A stretch of 60,910 nucleotides of DNA from an uncultured Bacteroides sp. (GTDB lineage: Bacteria; Bacteroidota; Bacteroidia; Bacteroidales; Muribaculaceae). Every line of letters starts with the position of its first letter. Within the stretch, counting starts at the first letter, position 1. Below, one piece after another: positions 10,793 through 19,762 of the stretch. Below the pieces are notes generated by a model, which saw only the letters and a list, made by a program, of their open reading frames with translations, ran no database searches and was not told the DNA's origin. The stretch lies in the NCBI GenBank assembly GCA_964436925.1, contig CAYTFG010000002.1, forward strand, positions 1 to 60,910, written 5' to 3'. The position numbers and the translations under genes were made by a program.

Positions 10793-10851
10793 GTATTAAT
10801 TTCGCATGAAGACGCTCGTGGGTTAGTGTCGCGGATAAAAATATTGGTAGA

Positions 10852-12810
10852 ATGCAATACGTATCTTTGATACAAAAGTCTGCCGTTGCTATACTTCTAG
10901 CTATTGCCGGAAGTAATGTCAAGTTAGTAGCGGAGCCCAAAGAATACAGCGATAGTGTAATGTCGCTAAAGGAAGTCACGGTTACAGCCAAGCAAACTCC
11001 TATAGCCACAGTTCAATCGTTGGTGGGTACTGAATTGCAATCACTATCAACAACATCAATAGCCGATGCCTTAAAATATTTTGCCGGTGTGCAAATAAAA
11101 GATTATGGAGGTCTCGGCGGTCTAAAAACTATCAACGTCCGCTCATTGGGCGCCCAGCATGTGGGAGTCTATATTGACGGAATCAGAATCACAAATGCTC
11201 AGAATGGTACAGTAGATTTAGGTAAATTCTCGCTATCGACGCTTGAATCGGTATCGCTGTATAATGCCAATAAGCTTGAATCCTGTCAGTCCCCGTCGGA
11301 ATATGCTTCAGGCGCAACTGTTTATATGCGTACACGTCGTCCCACAACCGATTCTATATCCACAATGTTCAGGTGGGCTTCATTCCACACCTATACCGGG
11401 CGCGTTAATGCACAATTCAATCGCAAAGGTTGGAGCGGATTTATTGATGCTGAGTACCTTAACTCTAAAGGCGATTACACGTTTAGATACAAATCAGAGT
11501 ATGAAGACACTGTGGGCAAGCGCTTTAACTCAGATATAGAGTATATTAGGGCTGAGGCTGCGCTGTTTAAGAAAGGGTTTTCATCACACTTCTATTTTTA
11601 TGATTCGGAGCGCGGATGTCCCGGAGGTGTTGTTAGACGATTGTCCGATAAATATAACAACATTGGCCGCGAATGGGATAGAGACATGTTTGTGCAAGCA
11701 TCTTATCAACATGAATTTAATGCGCATCATCGTTTTAAAGCGAACATGAAGTACACTAATGAATACCTGCACTATAGTTCCGATTATCCTGAAAATCAGA
11801 ATACAGCCCGAGCAAATAACCACTATCGACAAAATGATGCTTATGCGTCGGTAGCATATAGCTATCAGCCTTTTCAGTGGTTGGTATTAAACACCGGTTA
11901 TGACCTCAGAATGTCATGGCTAAGTGCTGATTTGAAAAACTTCCACACTGTGAGACGTGCTGACCAGAAAGCCGTTATCGCCGCCCAAATGAATTATAAA
12001 AATATTCAATTGGCAGCGTCAACGTTGTACCAGCATTATAAAGATTTCACCGATTTGAATGTGGGTGCAGCTGACCCGCTGAAGCGCTTTACATCGGCAA
12101 TTTCAGCCGGTTATACGCTGTATGGAGTAACACTGAGGGGCTGGTACAAGAAAATATTCAGAGCGCCCACGCTAAACGATTTGTATTACACGCAGGTGGG
12201 TAACCGTAATCTTAAACCTGAATACACCAAGCAATTGAATTTTGGCGCTGAATATCATTATGATTCGCGTCATTGGAACGGTTCAATACAAGCCGATGTT
12301 TACCAAAATAAAGTAGAAAACCGCATTGTGTGTATGCCTTTGAAAGGAACTTACACGTGGTCAATGATGAACTACGGTGAAACATTCTGTCGAGGACTAA
12401 ACTCCACTATATCATTAAGATACACTATTGGTGACTGGCGCTTCTCATTGCTTAATTCCCTCACCTGGCAACGCGATTTAAATAGAACAAATCCTGATAA
12501 TGAAGTAACTTATAATAAGCCGATATGTTACTCACCGACAATATCTTATGGTATAACCGGAATTGTTGGTTGGAGAGACCTCTCGGTGACGTTATCTGAT
12601 TTACATGTGAGCAAGCGTATGTGGTCATACGCTGACCCCGATGATATGTTGGACCCTTATAATAATATCGACTTGAAACTATCTTACTCTTGGCGAAAAT
12701 GGAGCGTAATGTTGGAAATCAATGATTTACTTGATGTCCAATACGAACATATTCAGCGTTATCCCATGCCGGGACGTAATTTCAGATTATCATTAGCAAT
12801 GTCAATCTAA
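10852..12810 (+). CDS. btuB: TonB-dependent receptor, BtuB-like cobalamin transporter
   Basis: LKEVTVTA TonB-box-like segment, plug motif ADALKYFAGVQIKDYGGLGGLKTINVRSLGA, FRAPTLNDLY...GNRNLKPE, YPMPGRNF; under a B12 riboswitch. Confidence 0.85.
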   Translation: MQYVSLIQKSAVAILLAIAGSNVKLVAEPKEYSDSVMSLKEVTVTAKQTPIATVQSLVGTELQSLSTTSIADALKYFAGVQIKDYGGLGGLKTINVRSLGAQHVGVYIDGIRITNAQNGTVDLGKFSLSTLESVSLYNANKLESCQSPSEYASGATVYMRTRRPTTDSISTMFRWASFHTYTGRVNAQFNRKGWSGFIDAEYLNSKGDYTFRYKSEYEDTVGKRFNSDIEYIRAEAALFKKGFSSHFYFYDSERGCPGGVVRRLSDKYNNIGREWDRDMFVQASYQHEFNAHHRFKANMKYTNEYLHYSSDYPENQNTARANNHYRQNDAYASVAYSYQPFQWLVLNTGYDLRMSWLSADLKNFHTVRRADQKAVIAAQMNYKNIQLAASTLYQHYKDFTDLNVGAADPLKRFTSAISAGYTLYGVTLRGWYKKIFRAPTLNDLYYTQVGNRNLKPEYTKQLNFGAEYHYDSRHWNGSIQADVYQNKVENRIVCMPLKGTYTWSMMNYGETFCRGLNSTISLRYTIGDWRFSLLNSLTWQRDLNRTNPDNEVTYNKPICYSPTISYGITGIVGWRDLSVTLSDLHVSKRMWSYADPDDMLDPYNNIDLKLSYSWRKWSVMLEINDLLDVQYEHIQRYPMPGRNFRLSLAMSI

Positions 12811-12823
12811 AATTCAGTATAAC

Positions 12824-14101
12824 ATGAAATTTATTAGACTTTTTGCGCTCTGTTTGCTCTCTATCTTTGTTGCGCAATCATCGCTATCACAAGAAAAAAT
12901 TATCATACTAAATGAAGGTAATTGGCAAAGTGATAATGGCACTATGTCATACTTTGAAAATGGTAAGATAATAAGTAATAAGTGGTTTAAGGAAAAGAAT
13001 GGCAAAAAACTTGGTGATACCCCCAATGATATTATTCAGATTAACGATAATTTATTGGCTATTGCCATTAATTGGTCAAATATAGTTCAATTTATAACAC
13101 CCGAAGGTAAGGCTGTAGCGGCTACTGAGGATATCCCCAATAATCGCAAACTGGCATCTGATGGCAAATATCTCTATGTGTCGTCATACGGGCATGAATG
13201 TGCCACAGTAAATGGTAAGGTCGAATTTGAAAAGGGATTTGTTGCTAAAATTGATTTGTCAACATTTAAAGTCGTGCAAACGTGTGAAGTGGGGTATGAG
13301 CCGGAGGGTATAGCATATTATAAAGGCTACCTTTTTGTGGCAAATACCGGAGGTTATGCGTTTACTGAGGACCATGAATATGAAACTACGGTCAGTATTC
13401 TTGATGCGGCAACAATGAAAAAAGTTAGAGACGTCGATACTCATAAAATAAATTTGTATGGAAAAATGTCCCGAAGCGGACAATATTTATGTATCAACTC
13501 TCCGGGTGATTATTATTATGTCGATGCTGCGTCAATAATTTTTGATTGTGATGCGGCTTTAGAAGGCTCAAATAATTGTTTTGTTGTGCTTGACAGAGCT
13601 TGTACTTATAATTGCCCAACCCAAGATGGTCGATTCATTACAATCGGTTCACGATTTTCATATATTACTTATGAATATAAGTTTTACTATGCAATAATAG
13701 ACCCTGCTGTTGTAATGGATACCAATGGCGCTGTGGGTGTGGATGAAACGCTCCCGGGAACGGTATTGAGCGATATTAAAAAAATGACTATGCCGTATGC
13801 CATTTATGTAAATCCTTACACGGGGTATATTTATGGCACAGACGCAGCTACATATGTCGAGGGAGGAACACTTTATCAGTGGTCTCCCGAGGGAAAACTA
13901 CTAGGTAAGCATACATTGTATATCAATCCCGGACACATTTTGGCTTTGCCTCCTGACGGCAAATTTAATGGCGTTGATGATGTTTTGCAAGATAAGGTCA
14001 TTACCGACGATACTATGTATAATCTTCAAGGTATCAAAGTGCAAAATCCTCAAAGAGGCCAAATCTACATTCAGAACGGCAAGAAAATATTATATAAATA
14101 G
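12824..14101 (+). CDS. BtuG/YncE-like beta-propeller (DUF5074-like) with T9SS-type C-terminal domain
   Basis: LNEGNWQSDNGTMSYF...NGKKLGD BtuG-like motif; VGYEPEGI and LFVANTGG propeller blades; C-terminal GVDDV...YNLQGIKV...IYIQNGKKILYK. Confidence 0.75.
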   Translation: MKFIRLFALCLLSIFVAQSSLSQEKIIILNEGNWQSDNGTMSYFENGKIISNKWFKEKNGKKLGDTPNDIIQINDNLLAIAINWSNIVQFITPEGKAVAATEDIPNNRKLASDGKYLYVSSYGHECATVNGKVEFEKGFVAKIDLSTFKVVQTCEVGYEPEGIAYYKGYLFVANTGGYAFTEDHEYETTVSILDAATMKKVRDVDTHKINLYGKMSRSGQYLCINSPGDYYYVDAASIIFDCDAALEGSNNCFVVLDRACTYNCPTQDGRFITIGSRFSYITYEYKFYYAIIDPAVVMDTNGAVGVDETLPGTVLSDIKKMTMPYAIYVNPYTGYIYGTDAATYVEGGTLYQWSPEGKLLGKHTLYINPGHILALPPDGKFNGVDDVLQDKVITDDTMYNLQGIKVQNPQRGQIYIQNGKKILYK

Positions 14102-14147
14102 CAATATAATAATCAAATAAACATATTAATAAACTTAACAAAAGGAA

Positions 14148-17100
14148 ATGAAACGTATTTATGTGATGCTGCTACTTTCGCTCATTGGTGTGTGCGGGAT
14201 TAATGCAGCAAATGTCAAAGTGACAATGAATGCGACTTCTACGACAATGAGCCTCGCCGCAAAAGAGAGCGGTGACACCATTGACGTGGGAGAGCCTACC
14301 AGTAAGGTCTATTCATTTGAAGCAAAAGCCGGAACTTATGTCCTTACTGCTTATGCTACAGATAGTGTGACCGTAAATGGTACTATTGAACTTAATGTAA
14401 CAGAAGAAGCTGAGCAGGAATTTACAGTCCTGACCAATACTGCTTATGTTACAAATAAGGATGCCAACAAAAACACTTGGGCTCCTGATGTTGATTACAC
14501 ATTGGAAGTGACCGTTACTGCAAAAACCGGTGAAGTGCAGGTTGTCACCATTGGTAATAGTGTTACCAGCGGTCGCAAAACATTCTTGGCACTGAATGGA
14601 AATAGCTATTATGCTTCATTTGTGCCAAGCGCAGAGCACCAAGCCGAAGGGTATATGACACTTTATAAAAGTGCAACGTTGACCGCAAATGTGACTGTTT
14701 CCGGAGCTATACCACAAGGAACCGATTATACAATATCTGTCCCGGAAAATGCTGAATTTTACGTTGGCTTGAAGTTTACTCATTATACCGAATTTACAAA
14801 AGTTGAACCGGTGAGCACATCAACCGCTGATGGCGAAAAGAAAATAACTTATCACCTGGCTTATAATCAAGTGTATAACTATCGCACATGGATGAATGGA
14901 GGCCTAACTCAAGGTGGATATTTTAAACTAGATACCGATTCAACCAAATGCCCTGTATTAGCTTTCACTAAGTCTGATTACGAGGGATTTGGCGCAAAGA
15001 CGATAAATCACGATGTACAATCAAATAAGGGCTATGAAACCGGTGATATCTTTGTGAATATCAATGAGAAAGGTTATTTAAGCTTGAATGTTGGTGAAAC
15101 TTACGAGGCTCGTGCAATGCGCACATGGCAGCTCACTGATAATTCAACAAATAACTACTTTATAGAACCTGATTTCCATTACACTGTAATTGATGTAAAT
15201 GGCAATCCAAGTTCAGGTGTTATCGAGATTGAAAATTCTAATACAACAACAAGCCAGTGGTCAGTAATCAAGGCTGTGGGTAAAGGTACGGCAATTGTGT
15301 TGGTAACTTATGATGCAATTGGCTTAAACTATTACAGCGGTAAGGACAAAAAAGAATATCTTGGCGGTCAATATTGGGGCGCTATCTGGCCTGAAAATAC
15401 AGCCGCTTATGTTGTAACAGTAGGAGAGGGTACAAGTTCGGTAGAGCCTAATATGCTTATCAATGAAGCTTATAACACTGATGTTCAGAAACGTGCGGGT
15501 ATTTATGTTGATGCTGAGCATGATGTGTTCTATTATCTTGACACAGAAGTTGGCGCTAAATATACATTTAAGCCTAATAATGTGGCTAAAATTGAAATCG
15601 CTTATCCAACAATTGGCGAGCAAATGGCTACATATAAGGGCTTCGGTGCTGAAGGCGTTACTGCAAATGAGGATAGTACCTACACATTGTTGTTGAAAGA
15701 AGGTCGTCAGATTGTGCGCCTCACCGATGCAAACGGTAATGCAACATATCAAGTATTGACAGCAAAACCTTGCCATAGAGAGATTACTAATGTCTCTCGT
15801 GAAGGTAGTACTCGATTCCAACCCGGTGACCAAATTAAGATTCAATATAGCGGTTTACGCCACCCGGCAAATAAGTTGGCAGCTATATACAATATGTCAG
15901 CCTATGTAACTTATAACGGAACACCAAACGGCTCATCATTGATATTGAGCGCAAATCAATATACATTCGGTTCGGTAGCCTCAGCTCAAGCTGTAACAGT
16001 AACCATCCCTGAAGATTATGACGTAACTAAAAATCCTGAATTTGTAATGGATGAAGGCGTTATTCAAGTTAACGGTTATGGTGACCCAATTGGTAACCAC
16101 CGTATTATCAGTCGTGTTGCAGGACGTTCACCTAACTTTACAGCTATTCCTCACAAGACTTATTTTGGCGCAATCCCGGAAGTAAGAGTTCCATTGACTG
16201 CAGTTGCCAACTATACTATCAAATTTGTGTCAAATGTTGATTCTGTTGACTATGTGGTTACTAGAGATGGTAATGAGGTGAAAGCTAATGAAGACGGCAC
16301 ATATACCGGAACTTATGGAAAATATTTTGTCGTAGCTTATAAGGCCGGTTATCGCTGTGCTCGTAATTCATTTGTCATTGAAGAATCTACCGTTGGTGAC
16401 CAAGTCATTAATGTCAATATGGCCAAGGCTGATGATTTGGCATGGGATGGTAGGACAGTCTCTAAACCTTCAGCTAATGACGAAGGCGTTTATTTGATTG
16501 CTACAGGTGCTGAATTGGCATGGTTTGCTCAAGATGTTAATGGTGGTAATCTCACTGACAAGGCTGTCTTGTCGGCTGATGTTGACCTCGCTGATTATGA
16601 TTGGACTCCGATTGGTGGTACAAATTCATCAAAAGCATTTAAGGGACAATTTGATGGTCAAGGTCACGCTGTTAATGGCCTCTACATTAATAATAGTACT
16701 GCAACTTACCAAGGCCTCTTTGGTTATACCTATGGCGCAACAGTTACTATCTTTAACTTGACCGTTTCAGGTGAAGTAACTGCAAAACAAAATGCTTCAG
16801 GTATTGTTGCTTTCGCATATAATTCTAAGGTAGATCGCTGTGTTAACCACGCTAATGTTACTTCAGAGAACACAAGTTCTTCAGTTGGTGGCGTTGTTGG
16901 TTCAACATCCGGTTCACCAAGCGTTACAAACTGCTATAACACGGGTGCTATTACCGGTATTAATAATGTTGGTGGTGTTGTAGGCGTAGCTTCTACTTCG
17001 ACCACAATAGAAAATGTTTATAATATTGGTACTATAAAGGGTACTCAAAATGTAGGAGCTTGTGCCGGAGGCTCAGCTACCAAGTCAAAAATGAAGAATG

Positions 17101-17441
17101 CATTTGCTCTTGAAGAATTTGATATAACTTCAGGTCACACTTTGGTTACCGAAGCACAAATGAAGTCAGGAGAAGTTGCTTACAAATTGGGCGAAGCCTT
17201 TGGCCAAAAGATAGGTGAGGATGCTTATCCTGTTCTTGGTGGCTTGAAAGTTTACTATAATGAAGTCCAAGACAAATACTCTAATGATGACCCATCAGGT
17301 GTGGATACAATCGGCGCTGAAGATGCGACTATTGTAGGCTACTACGATTTGCAAGGCCGTCGATTGAGCAAACCTCAATCAGGCATCAATATCGTGCGTA
17401 TGTCTGATGGCTCGGTAAGAAAGGTTTATATAAAACTATAA
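14148..17441 (+). CDS. Large secreted protein: unassigned N-terminal region + GLUG-type beta-helix repeat region + T9SS-type C-terminal domain
   Basis: Signal peptide; YLIATGAELAWFA...WTPIG...FDGQGH...QGLFG and VGGVVG repeats; C-terminal SGVDTI...YYDLQGRRLSKPQSGINIVRMSDGSVRKV. Confidence 0.7.
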   Translation: MKRIYVMLLLSLIGVCGINAANVKVTMNATSTTMSLAAKESGDTIDVGEPTSKVYSFEAKAGTYVLTAYATDSVTVNGTIELNVTEEAEQEFTVLTNTAYVTNKDANKNTWAPDVDYTLEVTVTAKTGEVQVVTIGNSVTSGRKTFLALNGNSYYASFVPSAEHQAEGYMTLYKSATLTANVTVSGAIPQGTDYTISVPENAEFYVGLKFTHYTEFTKVEPVSTSTADGEKKITYHLAYNQVYNYRTWMNGGLTQGGYFKLDTDSTKCPVLAFTKSDYEGFGAKTINHDVQSNKGYETGDIFVNINEKGYLSLNVGETYEARAMRTWQLTDNSTNNYFIEPDFHYTVIDVNGNPSSGVIEIENSNTTTSQWSVIKAVGKGTAIVLVTYDAIGLNYYSGKDKKEYLGGQYWGAIWPENTAAYVVTVGEGTSSVEPNMLINEAYNTDVQKRAGIYVDAEHDVFYYLDTEVGAKYTFKPNNVAKIEIAYPTIGEQMATYKGFGAEGVTANEDSTYTLLLKEGRQIVRLTDANGNATYQVLTAKPCHREITNVSREGSTRFQPGDQIKIQYSGLRHPANKLAAIYNMSAYVTYNGTPNGSSLILSANQYTFGSVASAQAVTVTIPEDYDVTKNPEFVMDEGVIQVNGYGDPIGNHRIISRVAGRSPNFTAIPHKTYFGAIPEVRVPLTAVANYTIKFVSNVDSVDYVVTRDGNEVKANEDGTYTGTYGKYFVVAYKAGYRCARNSFVIEESTVGDQVINVNMAKADDLAWDGRTVSKPSANDEGVYLIATGAELAWFAQDVNGGNLTDKAVLSADVDLADYDWTPIGGTNSSKAFKGQFDGQGHAVNGLYINNSTATYQGLFGYTYGATVTIFNLTVSGEVTAKQNASGIVAFAYNSKVDRCVNHANVTSENTSSSVGGVVGSTSGSPSVTNCYNTGAITGINNVGGVVGVASTSTTIENVYNIGTIKGTQNVGACAGGSATKSKMKNAFALEEFDITSGHTLVTEAQMKSGEVAYKLGEAFGQKIGEDAYPVLGGLKVYYNEVQDKYSNDDPSGVDTIGAEDATIVGYYDLQGRRLSKPQSGINIVRMSDGSVRKVYIKL

Positions 17442-17460
17442 TAGAAAGCGAGCCTTTATA

Positions 17461-17508
17461 AAAAGGCGACGCCCGGCAAGTCAGTGATGACTCCGCCGGG
17501 CGTTTTTT
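17461..17508. terminator. Bidirectional intrinsic terminator between convergent genes
   Basis: acgcccggc...gccgggcgt stem flanked by A-tract and T-tract. Confidence 0.8.
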
Positions 17509-17528
17509 GGGTATAAGTGAAGACTGAA

Positions 17529-18095
17529 TTACTTGCAGCAATCGTCTTTCTTAGTGTCGGTTGATTTTTTTGATTTCTTTAGCTGAGTTGTTTTGGTCTC
17601 TTTGCAGCATTTGCCGTCTTTCTTTTGACCATCCTTGCTGCATTGTTCTTTGCATTCGCTGTTTTCAGCTTTTTGAGTAGCGCCTGTTGTGCCGTCTACC
17701 TTTTGAGTTGCTCCGGTAGCACCGTCAACTTGTTCGCTGCATTTGCCTTCTGATTTTTTGCAGCAAGAACCGTTGCTCTTTTTGTTGCAAGTGCCATTGT
17801 TGGCTTTATTGCAAGCATCGGCAGCTGTAGCGGTGTAACCAATCTTTTGAAAACCTTCAATGATTTTTGCGGGAGTAGTCTTGTCGGCATCATATTTTAT
17901 AGTGACGCGGTTGTTCTCGATAGAAGTAGAGATGTCTTTGATGCCTTTTTCAAAACGTAGATTGCTTTTTATCTTGTTTTCGCAGTTTTGACATTGTAAA
18001 GCCGGTTCTACAGAAAATGATGTAGTAACTTCATTTTTTGCAAAAACAGTAATTGCAAAAAATAGAATAGTTAAAAATGAAACTAATTTTTTCAT
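17529..18095 (-). CDS. Exported heavy-metal-associated (HMA) domain protein with Cys-rich tail
   Basis: Signal peptide; LQCQNCENKIKSNLRFEKGIKDI...VTIKYDADKT...KIGY HMA domain; 11 further Cys in the tail. Confidence 0.85.
   Translation of the reverse strand: MKKLVSFLTILFFAITVFAKNEVTTSFSVEPALQCQNCENKIKSNLRFEKGIKDISTSIENNRVTIKYDADKTTPAKIIEGFQKIGYTATAADACNKANNGTCNKKSNGSCCKKSEGKCSEQVDGATGATQKVDGTTGATQKAENSECKEQCSKDGQKKDGKCCKETKTTQLKKSKKSTDTKKDDCCK
17671..17730 (-). repeat. Imperfect 30-bp tandem duplication encoding 2 x VDG(A/T)TGATQK
   Basis: ttttgagtagcgcctgttgtgccgtctacc / ttttgagttgctccggtagcaccgtcaact. Confidence 0.85.
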
Positions 18096-18326
18096 AATAA
18101 TGATGATATAATTTGATATGTGTTATATGTTTAGATACAGTGATAAAGCCACTATTCGGCGGCAGTATTGCACATTACAAAGTTACGCTATACTAATTAA
18201 TTATGAAATTATCAGCTATTAAATATACTTTCGGGTTGTTATTTTGTGTAAATATACAAAAAATAGGCCGAAAAGTCGAAAAAAGTTTATTCATTGGCGA
18301 AAAACCGTAAAAAAACTTATATAATT

Positions 18327-18358
18327 GTTGCTTATATAATTTAAATGACTTAACTTTG
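18327..18358 (+). promoter_or_regulatory. Promoter of the OmpA-family gene
   Basis: TTG - N20 - TAACTTTG (18351-18358); a divergent TAACTTTG on the minus strand (18178-18185) fits the HMA gene. Confidence 0.65.
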
Positions 18359-18397
18359 TGCAGAATTTAATTAAGTAACATTATTAATTTTTTTGAA

Positions 18398-19534
18398 ATG
18401 AAAAAGACAATTTTAACTGCTGCTATTGCATTTGCTGCAATCTCAGTTTCAGCTCAAACAGCCTACGAAGTTCCTAGCTTCTGGGACAATTGGTCTATCG
18501 GTCTTGATGGTGGTGCTACTACTCCTCTTCAAGGTCACAAGTTCATTAAGAGCGCACGTGGTGTAGCCGGTCTACACATCCAAAAGCAAGTTACTCCTGC
18601 TTTCGCTCTTGGTGTTGAAAGCGCTTTCGGTGTAAACACTTCTTCTTGGTCTGGACAAAAGAGTTCAACCGTTTTTGATAATTCATATGTTGGTGCATAC
18701 GGTGCTGTTGATTTGGTTAACCTCTTCGGTGGTTACAACTGCGAAAAACGCTTCTTCACTGTAGAAGCTGTTGCCGGTGCAGGTTGGGGTCATGACTACT
18801 ATACTACTAAAGAAGGTGCTGACTACAACTACTTCGCAACTAAAGCTGGTTTGAATTTCAACTTCAACGTATCTAACAAGGTTACTATCTCTATCAAGCC
18901 TTCAGTAACTTGGGATATGACTTCAAGAGGTGCTGCTCAAAGCTCTGCTGCTTATGATTCTAACCTCGCTTCATTCAACTTGCTCGCTGGTTTGACTTAC
19001 AACTTCGGTGGTGGTTTCAACTGTGTTCGTCCTTACAACCAAGCTGAAATCGACGCTCTCAACGGCCAAATCAATGACCTTCGCGCTCAACTCGACGAAT
19101 GTGCTAACAGCGCTAACGCTTGGGAAGCTAAGGCTAAGGGTCTTGCTGCTGAACTCGATGCTTGCAAGAACCGCAAACCTGAAGTTGTTAAGGAAGTTTC
19201 TAACAACTTGAACTCTGTACGTTACGTATTCTTCAAGGTTGGTTCTTCAGCTGTTACTGCTGACCAACAACCTAACGTTGAAATGATTGCTAACTACCTC
19301 AAGAACCACCCCGAAGCTAAGGTTGTAGTTAAGGGTTATGCTTCTTCTGATGGTAACGCAGATCGTAACATCGAACTCGCTAACAAGCGTGCTGATGCTG
19401 TTAAGACCGCTCTCGTTAAGAAGTACAAAATCTCTGAAGATCGCGTTCTTGCTGAAGGTCAAGGTATCGGCGAAATGTTCACTGAACAATCTTGGAACCG
19501 TGTAAGCATCTGCACTATCGAAGATGCTAAGTAA
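18398..19534 (+). CDS. OmpA-family outer membrane protein (beta-barrel + coiled coil + peptidoglycan-binding domain)
   Basis: Signal peptide, FWDNWSIG barrel start, VFFKVGSS, KGYASSDG...N..LANKRADAVK; strong high-expression codon bias. Confidence 0.93.
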   Translation: MKKTILTAAIAFAAISVSAQTAYEVPSFWDNWSIGLDGGATTPLQGHKFIKSARGVAGLHIQKQVTPAFALGVESAFGVNTSSWSGQKSSTVFDNSYVGAYGAVDLVNLFGGYNCEKRFFTVEAVAGAGWGHDYYTTKEGADYNYFATKAGLNFNFNVSNKVTISIKPSVTWDMTSRGAAQSSAAYDSNLASFNLLAGLTYNFGGGFNCVRPYNQAEIDALNGQINDLRAQLDECANSANAWEAKAKGLAAELDACKNRKPEVVKEVSNNLNSVRYVFFKVGSSAVTADQQPNVEMIANYLKNHPEAKVVVKGYASSDGNADRNIELANKRADAVKTALVKKYKISEDRVLAEGQGIGEMFTEQSWNRVSICTIEDAK

Positions 19535-19568
19535 TTTTCAATAAGAATATTACATACACTAAAATAAT

Positions 19569-19604
19569 AATGGTCCTCGGGAATCCCTCGGGGACTATTT
19601 TTTT
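19569..19604 (+). terminator. Intrinsic terminator of the OmpA-family gene
   Basis: ggtcctcgg...cggggact stem followed by a T7 tract. Confidence 0.75.
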
Positions 19605-19762
19605 GTAAGATATAGCCTGCATTGATGATGACGATGCAGGCTAAATTATTATCTATTGAGCTTCAAAAATATCGTGCCAATTAGCGATAATTGATTAAAA
19701 ATCACTAACTTTGAACTAGCGTAAAAATAATTAATCTTAACATTAAAATTCTAATATTTATC

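Noticed and set aside
15324-15845. Long antisense ORFs (also 28814-29482, 40416-40886, 55370-55930 and many shorter ones)
   Set aside because: Entirely inside well-supported genes on the opposite strand; expected shadows of codon bias
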